A stretch of DNA of 64,000 nt from Thermoproteota archaeon. Its GTDB lineage: Archaea; Korarchaeota; Korarchaeia; Korarchaeales; JAOZGB01. Position 1 is the stretch's first letter; every line of letters begins with the position of its first letter. The notes under the pieces were generated by a model. The model saw nothing but the letters and a program-made list of their open reading frames with translations. It was not told where the DNA came from and did not search any database. Positions 47,546-59,870 of this stretch are shown here, piece after piece. Position numbers and translations under genes: made by a program. Location: contig JAVCBU010000012.1 in the NCBI GenBank assembly GCA_037917685.1, positions 96,001 through 160,000 of the forward strand, given 5' to 3'.

Positions 47546-50173
47546 GTGAGAACATCGATATTTGTTATCTTTGTAGCCCAGTTACTTCTGTCCTCATATA
47601 TTACTCCAGACCAGAACTATGTTGAGATTAAATGTTGGAACATCACAGGGTTTAATAGATCCTACGAGCCAGCCTGCTTTGGCGTTCCGCTGCCTCCTCG
47701 CTTGTTATACAGTACTGATTCGGTGCTACTCCGGAACTCCACAGGTGCAGAGGTACCTATTCAGGTGAAACCTGTATGTTTCTGGCCTGACGGTAGCATT
47801 AGGTGGATACTAATCGATTGCCAGGCTTCTGCGCCGTCTCATGGTTGCAGCTCGTACCGGCTTGAGTATGGTGTTGAGCATGAAAGCTATGAGGGCGAGC
47901 TGGAGTTATATGAAAACGGTGAAATCCTCGCGGTCTTTACGGGGATTTTAAACCTGACGGTTTCGAAGGATGAGGGCTTGATAAAAGTTTACATGGATCT
48001 TGACGGGGATGGCGTTGCAGAGTATCCCGCCGTGGAGAAAGCATACTTCATGGTTGAGGATACATCGGGTTTGAGATACTATTCAACGTGTGGGGTTAAA
48101 AATGTATGCTTGGAGGAGTATGGACCCTTAAAGGCTGTAGTAAGGATTAATGGAACCTACAAAACTCCAGGGGGAGCTAAGATTCTAAATTACACTGTTA
48201 GGATTGAGCTGTACTCCGGTAAATGCTATTTTAGAGTTTACCATAGGGAAGAAAATGGGTGGACAGTGCTGAACGACGGCTCCGGCCAGCCTGACTGTCT
48301 GAGGCTGGACTCCCCAAACACTATTTCATTCGAGGACTCGTCTCTCGTAATTGTGTCTGGCCAGTCTTATGAGATGTTTGCTGCAGCTGTAAATGGATTC
48401 TACGACTTCAACAATTTCTCAAGCAAAATTTTGCTCTATCAGGATTCCAGCGGCGGCGAGGACTGGGATAGATGGCCGGGGGTGAGCTTCAGGGGATACA
48501 GATTCTGGCTTGACGGCACGCTTGCATGGGAGGGAAATAGAAGTCCAGGTTGGATTGCGTTGATGAATGACTATTACGGTCTTGCCGTGGGAGTCAGATA
48601 TTTCTGGGAGAACTATCCCAAGGCCTTGGAATCGTATAGTAATGGAACCATCTATGTTAGGCTTATGCCACGTTACTTCTCCGAGCCATTTAGGCATAGA
48701 GCCGGCGAGCATAAAACTCATGAGATCCTGGTTTACCTCTACCCCCCCAGTGAATCCTCGCAGGAGATTGTGAGAATAATGAGATGTCTGATGAATCCTC
48801 TCTACATGAGAGCTTCTAGTACGTGGTATGTCGAATCAGGTGTTCTAGACTACTGGGCTTCCTATAACCCTAAAAAGTATTATTACTATGAGACTAACAA
48901 CTTAGCCGCTATAAGGAATGGCACCGGGGGCTATTATGGTAATAATCTTTTCCAGATCAGGGAGAATGTTGACTTTTATGGTTGGATGCACTTTGGAGAT
49001 GTAAGGATAGTGGATGAGGACGGCGGAACCGGCCAGATGAATCTACAATATGACTTCAGCTTTGGAATGATAGCGCAAAGTCTTAGGCTATTCGACTCCG
49101 CCGTGGATTATAGCTATAGGTGGTGGCTTCTAGCGGAGCAGGGTGCTAGGCATGTCTCGGACATCGACATATTACATGTCCACTGGGGGGACCCTGAGCA
49201 TCCCTCATCCTACTGGATTCAATGGTGCTGGGGAGGAATGTTCTGGCATACGCCCCATGGTCAGCCGGGCCTTGATAACCCTCACAGGGGGTCAAGCCCT
49301 CATCTCTCTTTCCAGTATAATAGGGGTCTCCTCTACTATTACTACCTTTCCGGCTACAAGTTTGCTGAGGAAGCTGCGATGGAGGTTGCTGAAAACACTT
49401 ACTGGCGTGTCGTGCATGGCAACGGGAATCCTGGCTATAGTGGGACGATGGGTGATGATCTGAGGGCGCCGGCTAACGCCCTAGACATACTGGTAAACGC
49501 TTATTATCACACTTTGGATGTAAGGTTCCTGGAGGCTGCATACAGAGTTGTTAACGAGTCCCATTTTAATTATAGATGGTTTAGGGATGGCCCTAACCCG
49601 CAGTATTCTGATAGAAGTGTTATGCCATGGCAAATAGCAATGTTAATGGTTTCGATAGGTAGATATCTCGACCTGTTGAGGCTAATGGACTACAATATTG
49701 ATCGCATGGCCGCCGAGTCTTTGAAGGGATATGCTGACTGGATTCTTAAATACTGCTATCAGCGCGAGCCTAATGAGGCTTCAAGCTACCCTCATTTCAT
49801 CTATAGGTGGTGGGGAGATGGAACTAGGGAGGACTGGTCTCCGGGGGCTGCTACAAACGCTTGGCAGGTTAAGATAGCCGATGCCTTGGCCTATGCCTGG
49901 ATTTACACTGGTAATGAAACATATATCGAGATCGCGGAGGAGCAGTTTATGGTTGGATCCATGTATTTCTGGTTTGAAGGAAATCCTACTGGCGTGTTCG
50001 CTACAGGTAAAAACCATGCCGTCCTTGCAACCTCTGGAAACGTTTACACCTCGGCTAGACTGGTGCCGATACCTATCCAGGTTTATGAGGATAGGCTGCT
50101 TCTCCTAGCGGGTTTAATAGTGGTCTTGCTCATAGCATGGATAGGCAGGAGAGCAACTGTATCTACGTCCTAG
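47546..50173 (+). CDS. Large secreted, membrane-tethered protein resembling the exo-rhamnogalacturonan lyase (PcRGLX/YetA-like) family
   Basis: Signal; FGVPLP, WPDGSIRW, EEYGPL, FWENYPK, YGWMHFGD, N.QYD and H..DID motifs; C-terminal TM plus basic tail. Confidence 0.7.
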   Translation: MRTSIFVIFVAQLLLSSYITPDQNYVEIKCWNITGFNRSYEPACFGVPLPPRLLYSTDSVLLRNSTGAEVPIQVKPVCFWPDGSIRWILIDCQASAPSHGCSSYRLEYGVEHESYEGELELYENGEILAVFTGILNLTVSKDEGLIKVYMDLDGDGVAEYPAVEKAYFMVEDTSGLRYYSTCGVKNVCLEEYGPLKAVVRINGTYKTPGGAKILNYTVRIELYSGKCYFRVYHREENGWTVLNDGSGQPDCLRLDSPNTISFEDSSLVIVSGQSYEMFAAAVNGFYDFNNFSSKILLYQDSSGGEDWDRWPGVSFRGYRFWLDGTLAWEGNRSPGWIALMNDYYGLAVGVRYFWENYPKALESYSNGTIYVRLMPRYFSEPFRHRAGEHKTHEILVYLYPPSESSQEIVRIMRCLMNPLYMRASSTWYVESGVLDYWASYNPKKYYYYETNNLAAIRNGTGGYYGNNLFQIRENVDFYGWMHFGDVRIVDEDGGTGQMNLQYDFSFGMIAQSLRLFDSAVDYSYRWWLLAEQGARHVSDIDILHVHWGDPEHPSSYWIQWCWGGMFWHTPHGQPGLDNPHRGSSPHLSFQYNRGLLYYYYLSGYKFAEEAAMEVAENTYWRVVHGNGNPGYSGTMGDDLRAPANALDILVNAYYHTLDVRFLEAAYRVVNESHFNYRWFRDGPNPQYSDRSVMPWQIAMLMVSIGRYLDLLRLMDYNIDRMAAESLKGYADWILKYCYQREPNEASSYPHFIYRWWGDGTREDWSPGAATNAWQVKIADALAYAWIYTGNETYIEIAEEQFMVGSMYFWFEGNPTGVFATGKNHAVLATSGNVYTSARLVPIPIQVYEDRLLLLAGLIVVLLIAWIGRRATVSTS

Positions 50174-53100
50174 TTTTGCTTTTAATTTCATGGTATAGTT
50201 CATCTATGATTTTCTGGTAGTCTTCGACGCCAGATTCCACCATTTCCATCTTTTCTTCCAGGCTTCGGGTTCTTTCCTCGCTTATGAGGTCTGGATATTT
50301 CTTTACTAGGTAGTTGTAGATTATGTAGCCTGTCCTGGTGGGGATCAGATATCCTTTTACGTCTCTAGCGTATCTTCTCTGGAGAATCTTACTTATTATC
50401 ACCGCGTAGGTTGAAGGTCTCCCTATTCCCTTCTGCTTCATTAGTGATATCAGCTCTCCCTGAGTATATGGGTACGCTTTTCTAACCTTTACGTGTTTTA
50501 CCATGGCCGTGGAAGGTCCTTCGTGCAGCCTCGGCTGTACCTTGTAGAGGTATGGGTAGTTTGCGATCCAGCCTTTGCTTTTGATCTCAACCAGCCTTTC
50601 TACTTCAAATGTCTCCCCTAATGCTTTGACTCTGGCTTTTTGCTTGATGATTTTAACTGTTTTATCTTGTGAGGCTATGAACCTTTTGAATATTAGGCTG
50701 TATAGTTTTATGTGATCCGACTTTAGCCTTACCGGTGTTTTGATTACCCCTTCCCTTAGGAGGCTTATGAGTTCTTGTGGGCTTAGAGGTTTTGTAGGTC
50801 TTATGCACTCGTGTGCTCCTTGCATGTGCCATTTTCTCTGGGTGAATCTCCCCCCTAGATATGTTTTTGCTATTCTTAGGCCTGCATCTGAAACTCTTGT
50901 ACTGTCTGTCCTATGATATGTTATTAGTCCTGACTCGAAAAGGTTCTGCGCTATGGCCATCGTCCTTGCCGCTGGCATTCTCAGTATTCTACTCGCTTCT
51001 TTAAGCATTTCGCTTGTGGTGAAGGGTGGCGGAGGCGGAAGGCTTCCCTCCTCTTCACCCACCACTTCTATATATATTTCGGTCCTCCCCTCATTACCAT
51101 GTTTGCCTTTGATCCTGAGTTGAAGGTTTTCAGAGGTTATCACTGTCTGTATTTCACGCTGCTTTGCCAGCCTGTATCTTTCAAGAATCCAGCCTAGAGT
51201 TGGGGTTTGAGCTCTACCGGCAGATAGGTTTTTGTTGTGAAATCTTCTTTGAAGTTCCTGGCTTAGTTCGAATCCTATCCACCTGTCTTCTATTCTTCTT
51301 ATGATTTGGGCTTTAACCCTCTCGAATGAGAGTTCTTTAGGCTTCTGTAATGCTTGAAGTATTGCTCTTCTGGTTACTTCGTGGAATTCGGCTCTCATTA
51401 CATGTCCTGCGAATCCGCGGATAAGGTTTGAGATGTCCCATGCTATCTTTTCGCCTTCTACGTCGGGGTCTGTGCCTATGTAGACGCTTCCCGTCTCGAA
51501 TGCGAGCCTTCGGAGAAGTGAGATTATCTTTCTAGCATCAATAATTTCGGTTGATCCGCATATTGGGCAAATTTTTCCGTCGGTAAACTGGGTGTTGCAT
51601 TTTCTGCATCTTTTGAGGGTTGTAAAGACTGGCACGTACCCGTCTTTTAATAGTACTCCATGGTAGCCTCTGGTTGTTGTTAAGTCCACGATGTGCCCGC
51701 CTGTTGCTATAACTGTTACTATTAGGTTTCCGGTGGAGAATTCGTATACCGGTATTCCATCTATTATTCTTCTTCCAGGCTTCCCGAAGAATTTTGATAT
51801 GGTTTTGGCCTTGTTTGGACTTTCAACTATGAATAGCAAGGGTTTTACGAGGCTTTCAGCTTCAACCCTCCCCTTTAGCTCGGATATCCTCCGCCTGTCC
51901 TCGTCTATTTCTTTCTTAAGGTTTTCGAGATCGACGTATTCCAGGTAGTTGAACTCCATCTCCCTCGCGCTTGCTCTCTTGATAAATGGAATTAGTAACT
52001 CTTCCTTATCTATAAGGAATGAGGCGCCTTTGCTCATTCCCCCAGGGTATAGTCTAGAGGTTCTACCTGAGCCTTGAATATATGTTGATATGTCTGGGAG
52101 GCATATTATTTGCTTGCCGTTTCTAGAGATTAATGGGATTGTTTTGTTTACTGTTTTATTCCTAACACCTTCTATTATTTTCTTTTCGGCTTCTTCTCTA
52201 TATTTTTCACCTTCCCTTAGGAGTTTTACAGCGAGTGTTCTTTCTCCGATGGCGAGTAAAAGGTATGATAGGAGCTTTACGCTCTGATCTTTGAGATTAT
52301 CGAGTGTAATTTCATATCTTGGGACCTCGTAGAAAATACAGTATCTAACCGTTTCCGGGAGGTCTATCCCCCTTACCAGGGCCCCGTAGGGTTTAGCAGC
52401 CCCTACCAGGATCCAGTATTCCCCGTTCTTGAATTTCTCCACCGCTTCGGGATCTGAGCCCTCTACAAGCTTGGCTTTAAACCCTGCCCTGTTCAACTGC
52501 TCCGCCACTATTTTCCCCTGCTCGGTGCTTCTTGTAAATACGAGGCCTCCACTACCCATTTTCCTAACAATGTTAGTAAGGGTTTCCAATGATAGTTGAG
52601 GGACTGCTATGTCTGATATGTTTCTTAGATTTGCCGCTCTTAGTATTCCTATGTCAAAAGAAAGTAGCCTTCTGAAGAGTATTGTACGCGGGCCAGGCTT
52701 CCCCGTAGCGGTTGATAACATCAATACCTTCCTCAAACTATGCTGTCTTATGCCTGGCTTTCTTAAAGCCTCCATGATTTCCTCCTTGGTGAACCCTAAA
52801 AGTTCAAGGAGTCTGTCCACGTTTTTGGAACTTTTTAAAAGGGAGTCTACATCATCTACAAATATAAAGCTGAAGTCGTTTCCCTTTAAGGCTTCATATC
52901 TCCTCGCAAGAAACTGGTTAGTAACTATTAGGATGTGAAAGGAGCCGTTCTTTATTTTCTCAAGGGTTTTTATCCTCTCTTTTCGTGTATATCTGGACGA
53001 ATATGCTATTACTTGAACGTTGAGGTTTTTCCTCTCTATATATGATTCGGCTTTTTCTAGGGCTTGATGTACAAGTAAGGATGTTGGAACTATTATCAGT

Positions 53101-53393
53101 GATTTACCTCCTTTCTGGGCTTTGAACAGGGACATTACTATCCCAAAAACTGTTTTTCCCACGCCTGTCGGGGCTACAGCGGCGAAGCTATATCCGGATA
53201 AGACTCTTCGAGCCCATGCTCTTTGAACGGACCATGGCTCCGAGCCGGTACACTGCTTAAAGAAGTCTTCGAACTCTATGGAGAGCTTATACTTTATCTC
53301 AGGCTCTATGGCGGGATCTACACCGTCAAGTTTTGTGGTTTCAAGGTCGTACTTGTACCCCGGCGCTAGCCCCAGATAGATGGCTGGAATCAA
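50163..53393 (-). CDS. rgy: Reverse gyrase
   Basis: APTGVGKT, DDVD, RGIDLP, QGSGRTSR, IVESPNKA, DPDVEGE, SAGRAQ, ITYHRTDS and GIGRPSTY. Confidence 0.97.
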   Translation of the reverse strand: MIPAIYLGLAPGYKYDLETTKLDGVDPAIEPEIKYKLSIEFEDFFKQCTGSEPWSVQRAWARRVLSGYSFAAVAPTGVGKTVFGIVMSLFKAQKGGKSLIIVPTSLLVHQALEKAESYIERKNLNVQVIAYSSRYTRKERIKTLEKIKNGSFHILIVTNQFLARRYEALKGNDFSFIFVDDVDSLLKSSKNVDRLLELLGFTKEEIMEALRKPGIRQHSLRKVLMLSTATGKPGPRTILFRRLLSFDIGILRAANLRNISDIAVPQLSLETLTNIVRKMGSGGLVFTRSTEQGKIVAEQLNRAGFKAKLVEGSDPEAVEKFKNGEYWILVGAAKPYGALVRGIDLPETVRYCIFYEVPRYEITLDNLKDQSVKLLSYLLLAIGERTLAVKLLREGEKYREEAEKKIIEGVRNKTVNKTIPLISRNGKQIICLPDISTYIQGSGRTSRLYPGGMSKGASFLIDKEELLIPFIKRASAREMEFNYLEYVDLENLKKEIDEDRRRISELKGRVEAESLVKPLLFIVESPNKAKTISKFFGKPGRRIIDGIPVYEFSTGNLIVTVIATGGHIVDLTTTRGYHGVLLKDGYVPVFTTLKRCRKCNTQFTDGKICPICGSTEIIDARKIISLLRRLAFETGSVYIGTDPDVEGEKIAWDISNLIRGFAGHVMRAEFHEVTRRAILQALQKPKELSFERVKAQIIRRIEDRWIGFELSQELQRRFHNKNLSAGRAQTPTLGWILERYRLAKQREIQTVITSENLQLRIKGKHGNEGRTEIYIEVVGEEEGSLPPPPPFTTSEMLKEASRILRMPAARTMAIAQNLFESGLITYHRTDSTRVSDAGLRIAKTYLGGRFTQRKWHMQGAHECIRPTKPLSPQELISLLREGVIKTPVRLKSDHIKLYSLIFKRFIASQDKTVKIIKQKARVKALGETFEVERLVEIKSKGWIANYPYLYKVQPRLHEGPSTAMVKHVKVRKAYPYTQGELISLMKQKGIGRPSTYAVIISKILQRRYARDVKGYLIPTRTGYIIYNYLVKKYPDLISEERTRSLEEKMEMVESGVEDYQKIIDELYHEIKSKTRT

Positions 53394-53436
53394 GGGAGGT
53401 CAAAAGCCAATATTCACGGATAAAATTAAACCTATT

Positions 53437-54042
53437 TTAGATGTTTCTCACAGTTTTAAAACATCTCTTCTCAGTGCATATTACATCTATTTTTTGATCC
53501 CATTCCTCGCGTGGGAGCCTTTCAACAACTTGGAGACTGTGGCAAATAACGGCTACTTTAACGTTGGGGTTCAGTCTTCTCGCTAGGCTTATCTCTCGGT
53601 CCCCGTATCCTCCTCCTTTGCCCAGCCTCCAGCCATGCTTGTCGACTGCTACACATCCTTGAACTACGAGATCTAAAGGTCCAGGGATGCTTTGAAATGT
53701 TGCGTTAGCCATTATCCATCTTATAGTGCCGCTCGGCCTTTCGGATGGGTGGTTCACAACTGCGTATCCCCTTTTAAGCCTTGGTGTAGCCATTATAAGC
53801 GTTTTTCCGTCGAGCATCACCCTGAGTCTTAAGCTTTTCAGCGGCGAATCCGGAGCGACTAGTATTCTTTTTGCTCTTCTGTAGATTTCTGTTTTTGTAA
53901 GATTTTTCACGGCGTCCTCCGCCCCTTTAAAGTTAGGTATTCTCCCATGGATGGGAAATGGAGGTCTTGCTACGTGCTTTTCCACTAGTAGCTTCCATAT
54001 TTCCTTCCTGATCCTGTCTTTCTCAAGCTTCAGGTTTTGCAG
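53437..54042 (-). CDS. 5-formyltetrahydrofolate cyclo-ligase family protein
   Basis: GRIPNF, PDSP, TPRL and RLGKGGGYGD; frame stays open upstream of the track start (KDRIRKEIW) to a CTG at 54042. Confidence 0.85.
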   Translation of the reverse strand: MQNLKLEKDRIRKEIWKLLVEKHVARPPFPIHGRIPNFKGAEDAVKNLTKTEIYRRAKRILVAPDSPLKSLRLRVMLDGKTLIMATPRLKRGYAVVNHPSERPSGTIRWIMANATFQSIPGPLDLVVQGCVAVDKHGWRLGKGGGYGDREISLARRLNPNVKVAVICHSLQVVERLPREEWDQKIDVICTEKRCFKTVRNI

Positions 54043-55243
54043 TTTTCTTCAACCTCCACGCTACTAAGACTATACCAAGTAGTATTATGGCGGAGAATCC
54101 TATAACTAGCAAGATTGGTATTGCTTTTCCGTAGGTAATCTTTATTTCTCTGGTTTCTCCGGGGTTGACTGTTACCCTAATTCTTAGATTTATGCTTCCA
54201 TCTGAAACTGTCTCTTCCGCTACTTCACCCCCCGAAACTGTGTATTCTTCAGTAGATGGTATTGATACCTCGATTCCATTAAGCGGTATGGGGTGTGCTT
54301 CCACCGAGTAGGCGTACCCTGCCAGGCTTTTGAACTGGTGACTGGTGATGCTGTTTTGGATTTTGATTTTAGTCTCATGTTTTCCACTTGTTACTTCCAC
54401 TTTTAGGTCTCTGAACCTTATCAGGGTTATTTCAGCATTTCCACCTGTGACGTGGACCAGCAACAGGTGGTTTACTCCCCCGTTCTCTGGATCCGCGTAG
54501 AGAGGTGCTCCAGCCCCGCCTGTTATTATCTGGACTATGCCGTCGTGTTCGGAGTAGTCGAATACATGCTCGTGACCTGCAAAAACATAGTCTACCCCGT
54601 ACTCTTTGAATAGTGATACTACTATCTGCTTGTTGGTTTCATTTTGGAAAGAATCTTCCTCATGTGGGCCGACAGGCCATATAGGCCTGTGTAGAAATAC
54701 AAAGGTCAGTGTTGCGTTACTGTTTGCCTTCAGGTCTTCTGTTAGCCAGTCTAGCTGTTCGCCGTATATCCCACCGGTTTCCCCTTTTATCTCGGTGCTT
54801 AAGAAAATGAAGTGGCATCCTTTATGGTTGAAAGAATAGTATAGGGGTCTCCCGAGGATTTCCTGATACAGTTCTTCCCCCCGGCCCCTTGCATCGTGAT
54901 TTCCTATAACAGTGTAATAGGGGACTTTACACTCATCTATCACTTTTTTGAACTCTTCGTATTGTGCTTTGGCCCGGTCATAGCTTCCACTACCGTATAT
55001 CAGATCGCCGGTATTTACTGCGAAGTCAGGTCTTATCCAGTTCACATATTTTATAAGCTCCTTGAATAAGAGAGAGACCACCGGTGTTTCTGTTGACGGT
55101 CTGTTATCGCCCATAACTATAAAGTAGAAATCTTCCTGTGTAATGCCTGCCCTACTGGCTTGAATCGTCAAGATGAGTAGTTGCAATACTAAAAGTGTTT
55201 TTAAGGCTTTACGCATCTTTATCCCTCTACTGGTTTTGGGCAT
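54023..55243 (-). CDS. Secreted membrane-tethered metallophosphoesterase (calcineurin-like)
   Basis: GDNR, TGD, GNHD, HRP, GHEH and TGGAGAPLY; signal and C-terminal TM. Confidence 0.88.
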   Translation of the reverse strand: MPKTSRGIKMRKALKTLLVLQLLILTIQASRAGITQEDFYFIVMGDNRPSTETPVVSLLFKELIKYVNWIRPDFAVNTGDLIYGSGSYDRAKAQYEEFKKVIDECKVPYYTVIGNHDARGRGEELYQEILGRPLYYSFNHKGCHFIFLSTEIKGETGGIYGEQLDWLTEDLKANSNATLTFVFLHRPIWPVGPHEEDSFQNETNKQIVVSLFKEYGVDYVFAGHEHVFDYSEHDGIVQIITGGAGAPLYADPENGGVNHLLLVHVTGGNAEITLIRFRDLKVEVTSGKHETKIKIQNSITSHQFKSLAGYAYSVEAHPIPLNGIEVSIPSTEEYTVSGGEVAEETVSDGSINLRIRVTVNPGETREIKITYGKAIPILLVIGFSAIILLGIVLVAWRLKKTAKPEA

Positions 55244-55287
55244 GGTGAACTCTTAAGCTTTATTTTATTTCAACAGTAAATTTATAT

Positions 55288-56340
55288 GTGGCGTGGAGGG
55301 AGCCTATCGGGGGTCTTATTCTTGCTTTTATTCTTGCCCTTGTATTTCACCTAGTGGGATTTTGTTTTGCCTTCGAGGTTGCAGTGTTTTCAATAGGAGT
55401 CTTATTAATCTATTTTGGTAGCGAATTTTCCGTTCTTGGATTCAAAGATTTATCGTTAAATATAGGAGTTTCAGAATACTTTGCTGGCTTGACTTCAAGT
55501 ATCGCTTCAAACCTTCCTGAGCTGGTAGTTTCAATTCTCATACTAAGAAGGGCTTTGACGTTTGGAGACATCGAGCTTGCAGAAGTAGCTGTCTTATCTG
55601 TGGTAACAGCGACAGGCTTTAACTCCCTGCTTCTCGGTCTTCTTATAGTTATGGTGACCCATAGGACAGGAGCTTTAAAGTTTCCATACGAGGCTATCCG
55701 TCACGAAAGCCATCTTATAAGGTTGTCCATCGTCGTTTCAATACTGATATTTGCTCTTGGGGTTTTGGAATGGAAGGCTGGCTCGGAACCGGTTCTGCCA
55801 AGGCCGGTGGGGGCGTTCCTCCTATTAATATATGCTGTATACGCCTTTTTTATGTACCTTAGTTGTGAAAGTAGGGGGGAGAAGCCTTCTATGAGCTTCA
55901 GCAGGGCTGCTTTATACTCTGCTGGGGGGGTTCTACTAATATTTATTGGGGGCCATTTGATATCGGGTTTCGTTGAGGAGGCTATAAGCCGGATGGGATT
56001 ATCTGTTGTATCGGCGGCTTTAATTGTGGGGGCTTCTGGAAGCGTTCCCGAGCATGCTATATCTCTTGTAGGGGCTGTTAGGGGGGAGCTTGAACTCAGC
56101 CTTGGAAATCTTATAGCTGGGATGATACAGTGTATTCTTATTATTTTCGGCTTGATTTCTGTTTTCACACCTGTAGTTCTGGATGGTTTTATTCTTTTCC
56201 AGTTTGTAGCTGTTGCAGGTATCTTATGGATTGTTAAGAAGTCAATTTTAGACGATGGCCAGCTTACTATTGATGAGGGATTATTTATCATCATCTTACA
56301 AACAATGTTATTCATGCTCTTGGAGGAGTTGAGAGTTTAG
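55288..56340 (+). CDS. Ca2+/cation antiporter (CaCA family)
   Basis: Two alpha repeats, ASNLPEL and GSVPEH...LSLGN; about 10 TMs. Confidence 0.85.
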   Translation: MAWREPIGGLILAFILALVFHLVGFCFAFEVAVFSIGVLLIYFGSEFSVLGFKDLSLNIGVSEYFAGLTSSIASNLPELVVSILILRRALTFGDIELAEVAVLSVVTATGFNSLLLGLLIVMVTHRTGALKFPYEAIRHESHLIRLSIVVSILIFALGVLEWKAGSEPVLPRPVGAFLLLIYAVYAFFMYLSCESRGEKPSMSFSRAALYSAGGVLLIFIGGHLISGFVEEAISRMGLSVVSAALIVGASGSVPEHAISLVGAVRGELELSLGNLIAGMIQCILIIFGLISVFTPVVLDGFILFQFVAVAGILWIVKKSILDDGQLTIDEGLFIIILQTMLFMLLEELRV

Positions 56341-56351
56341 GGTGGTTAAAT

Positions 56352-56753
56352 TTGGTTGAATATGGTCTTAAGCCAGGGTTAAAAAGGAAGGCTAGAATGG
56401 TGGTCGATGAAAATCATGTTGCTAGCTTTATCGGAAGCGGCAGTCTAAGGGTTTTAGCGACACCCTCAATGGTTGGATTAATGGAGAAGGCTTCAAGGCT
56501 TCTTGCTGACGAGTACTTGCCTGAAGGCTACACGACTGTCGGTGTGAAAGTAGAGATCGCCCATGTAAACCCAGCGCCAATAGGAGCTAAGGTTGTAGCA
56601 ATAGCCGAACTCGAAGAGGTGGAGGGTAGAAGGCTCAGGTTCAAGGTTAAGGCCTACTGGAAGGAAAAACTAATAGGGGAGGGATACCATGAGAGGGTTA
56701 TAGTAGATATAGAAAGGTTCCTAAAGAAGGTTGAAGCAATGATTAAGAGTTAA
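56352..56753 (+). CDS. FlK-like hotdog thioesterase
   Basis: GSG..VLATP.M..LME, TTVG..V...H and G.HER. Confidence 0.9.
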   Translation: MVEYGLKPGLKRKARMVVDENHVASFIGSGSLRVLATPSMVGLMEKASRLLADEYLPEGYTTVGVKVEIAHVNPAPIGAKVVAIAELEEVEGRRLRFKVKAYWKEKLIGEGYHERVIVDIERFLKKVEAMIKS

Positions 56754-56774
56754 GGCTCCAGGTAACCATGAGGG

Positions 56775-57038
56775 ATGCACGGACCTACGTGTCAGACATT
56801 GACGGGGGGTCCGATGCACGGTAATAGTTCAGAAGGCACAAACACACATAGGGCGAAATACGCCTTTTTCTTAGGATGTATTATGCCGCTACGTTACCCA
56901 GGTGTCGAGCTTGCTACGAGGAATGTTTTAAAACGTCTTGGTATAGGGCTGGAGGATATCGATGGTACTTCTTGCTGTCCTGCTCCCGGGGTTATCGGTA
57001 GCTTTAACCTTAAGGGTTGGCTTGTCTGGATGGATTAG
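56775..57038 (+). pseudogene. hdrB: N-terminal remnant of heterodisulfide reductase subunit B
   Basis: YAFFLGCIMPLRYPGVE...TSCCPAPG followed by a premature stop. Confidence 0.8.
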
Positions 57039-57353
57039 CTATGGATGTGTACAACATGTTATACATGCCAAGATTCGTGTCCTCACGGAATTGCAACCAC
57101 AAATCATCTTAGGGTTCTTAGAAATATAGCTTTCTCCGAAGGTTATGCCTTAAAGAACCACATCATAGTAGCAGGCAACCTTCTAAGATACGGGCATGCG
57201 ATACCGCCGAAGAATGCGATATCAAGGCTTAGACGGGAGATAGGGCTCAATTCCCCCCAACTACGATAAAGCATGATTGGGCTCTTAGTCAGGTTCGAAA
57301 AATATTTGAGATAACCAGATTCAGGAAGCTTTTGGAAAGGTATGGTGTGACCC

Positions 57354-57361
<8 letters not shown>
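57039..57361 (+). pseudogene. hdrC: C-terminal remnant of heterodisulfide reductase subunit C, frameshifted
   Basis: LWMCTTCYTCQDSCP...GHAIP...R.EIGL; after a shift in the C6 run at 57253-57258 it continues PPTTIKHDWALSQVRKIFEITRF... to a stop at 57361. Confidence 0.8.
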
Positions 57362-59858
<2,497 letters not shown>

Positions 59859-59870
59859 TTATATGAAGCA

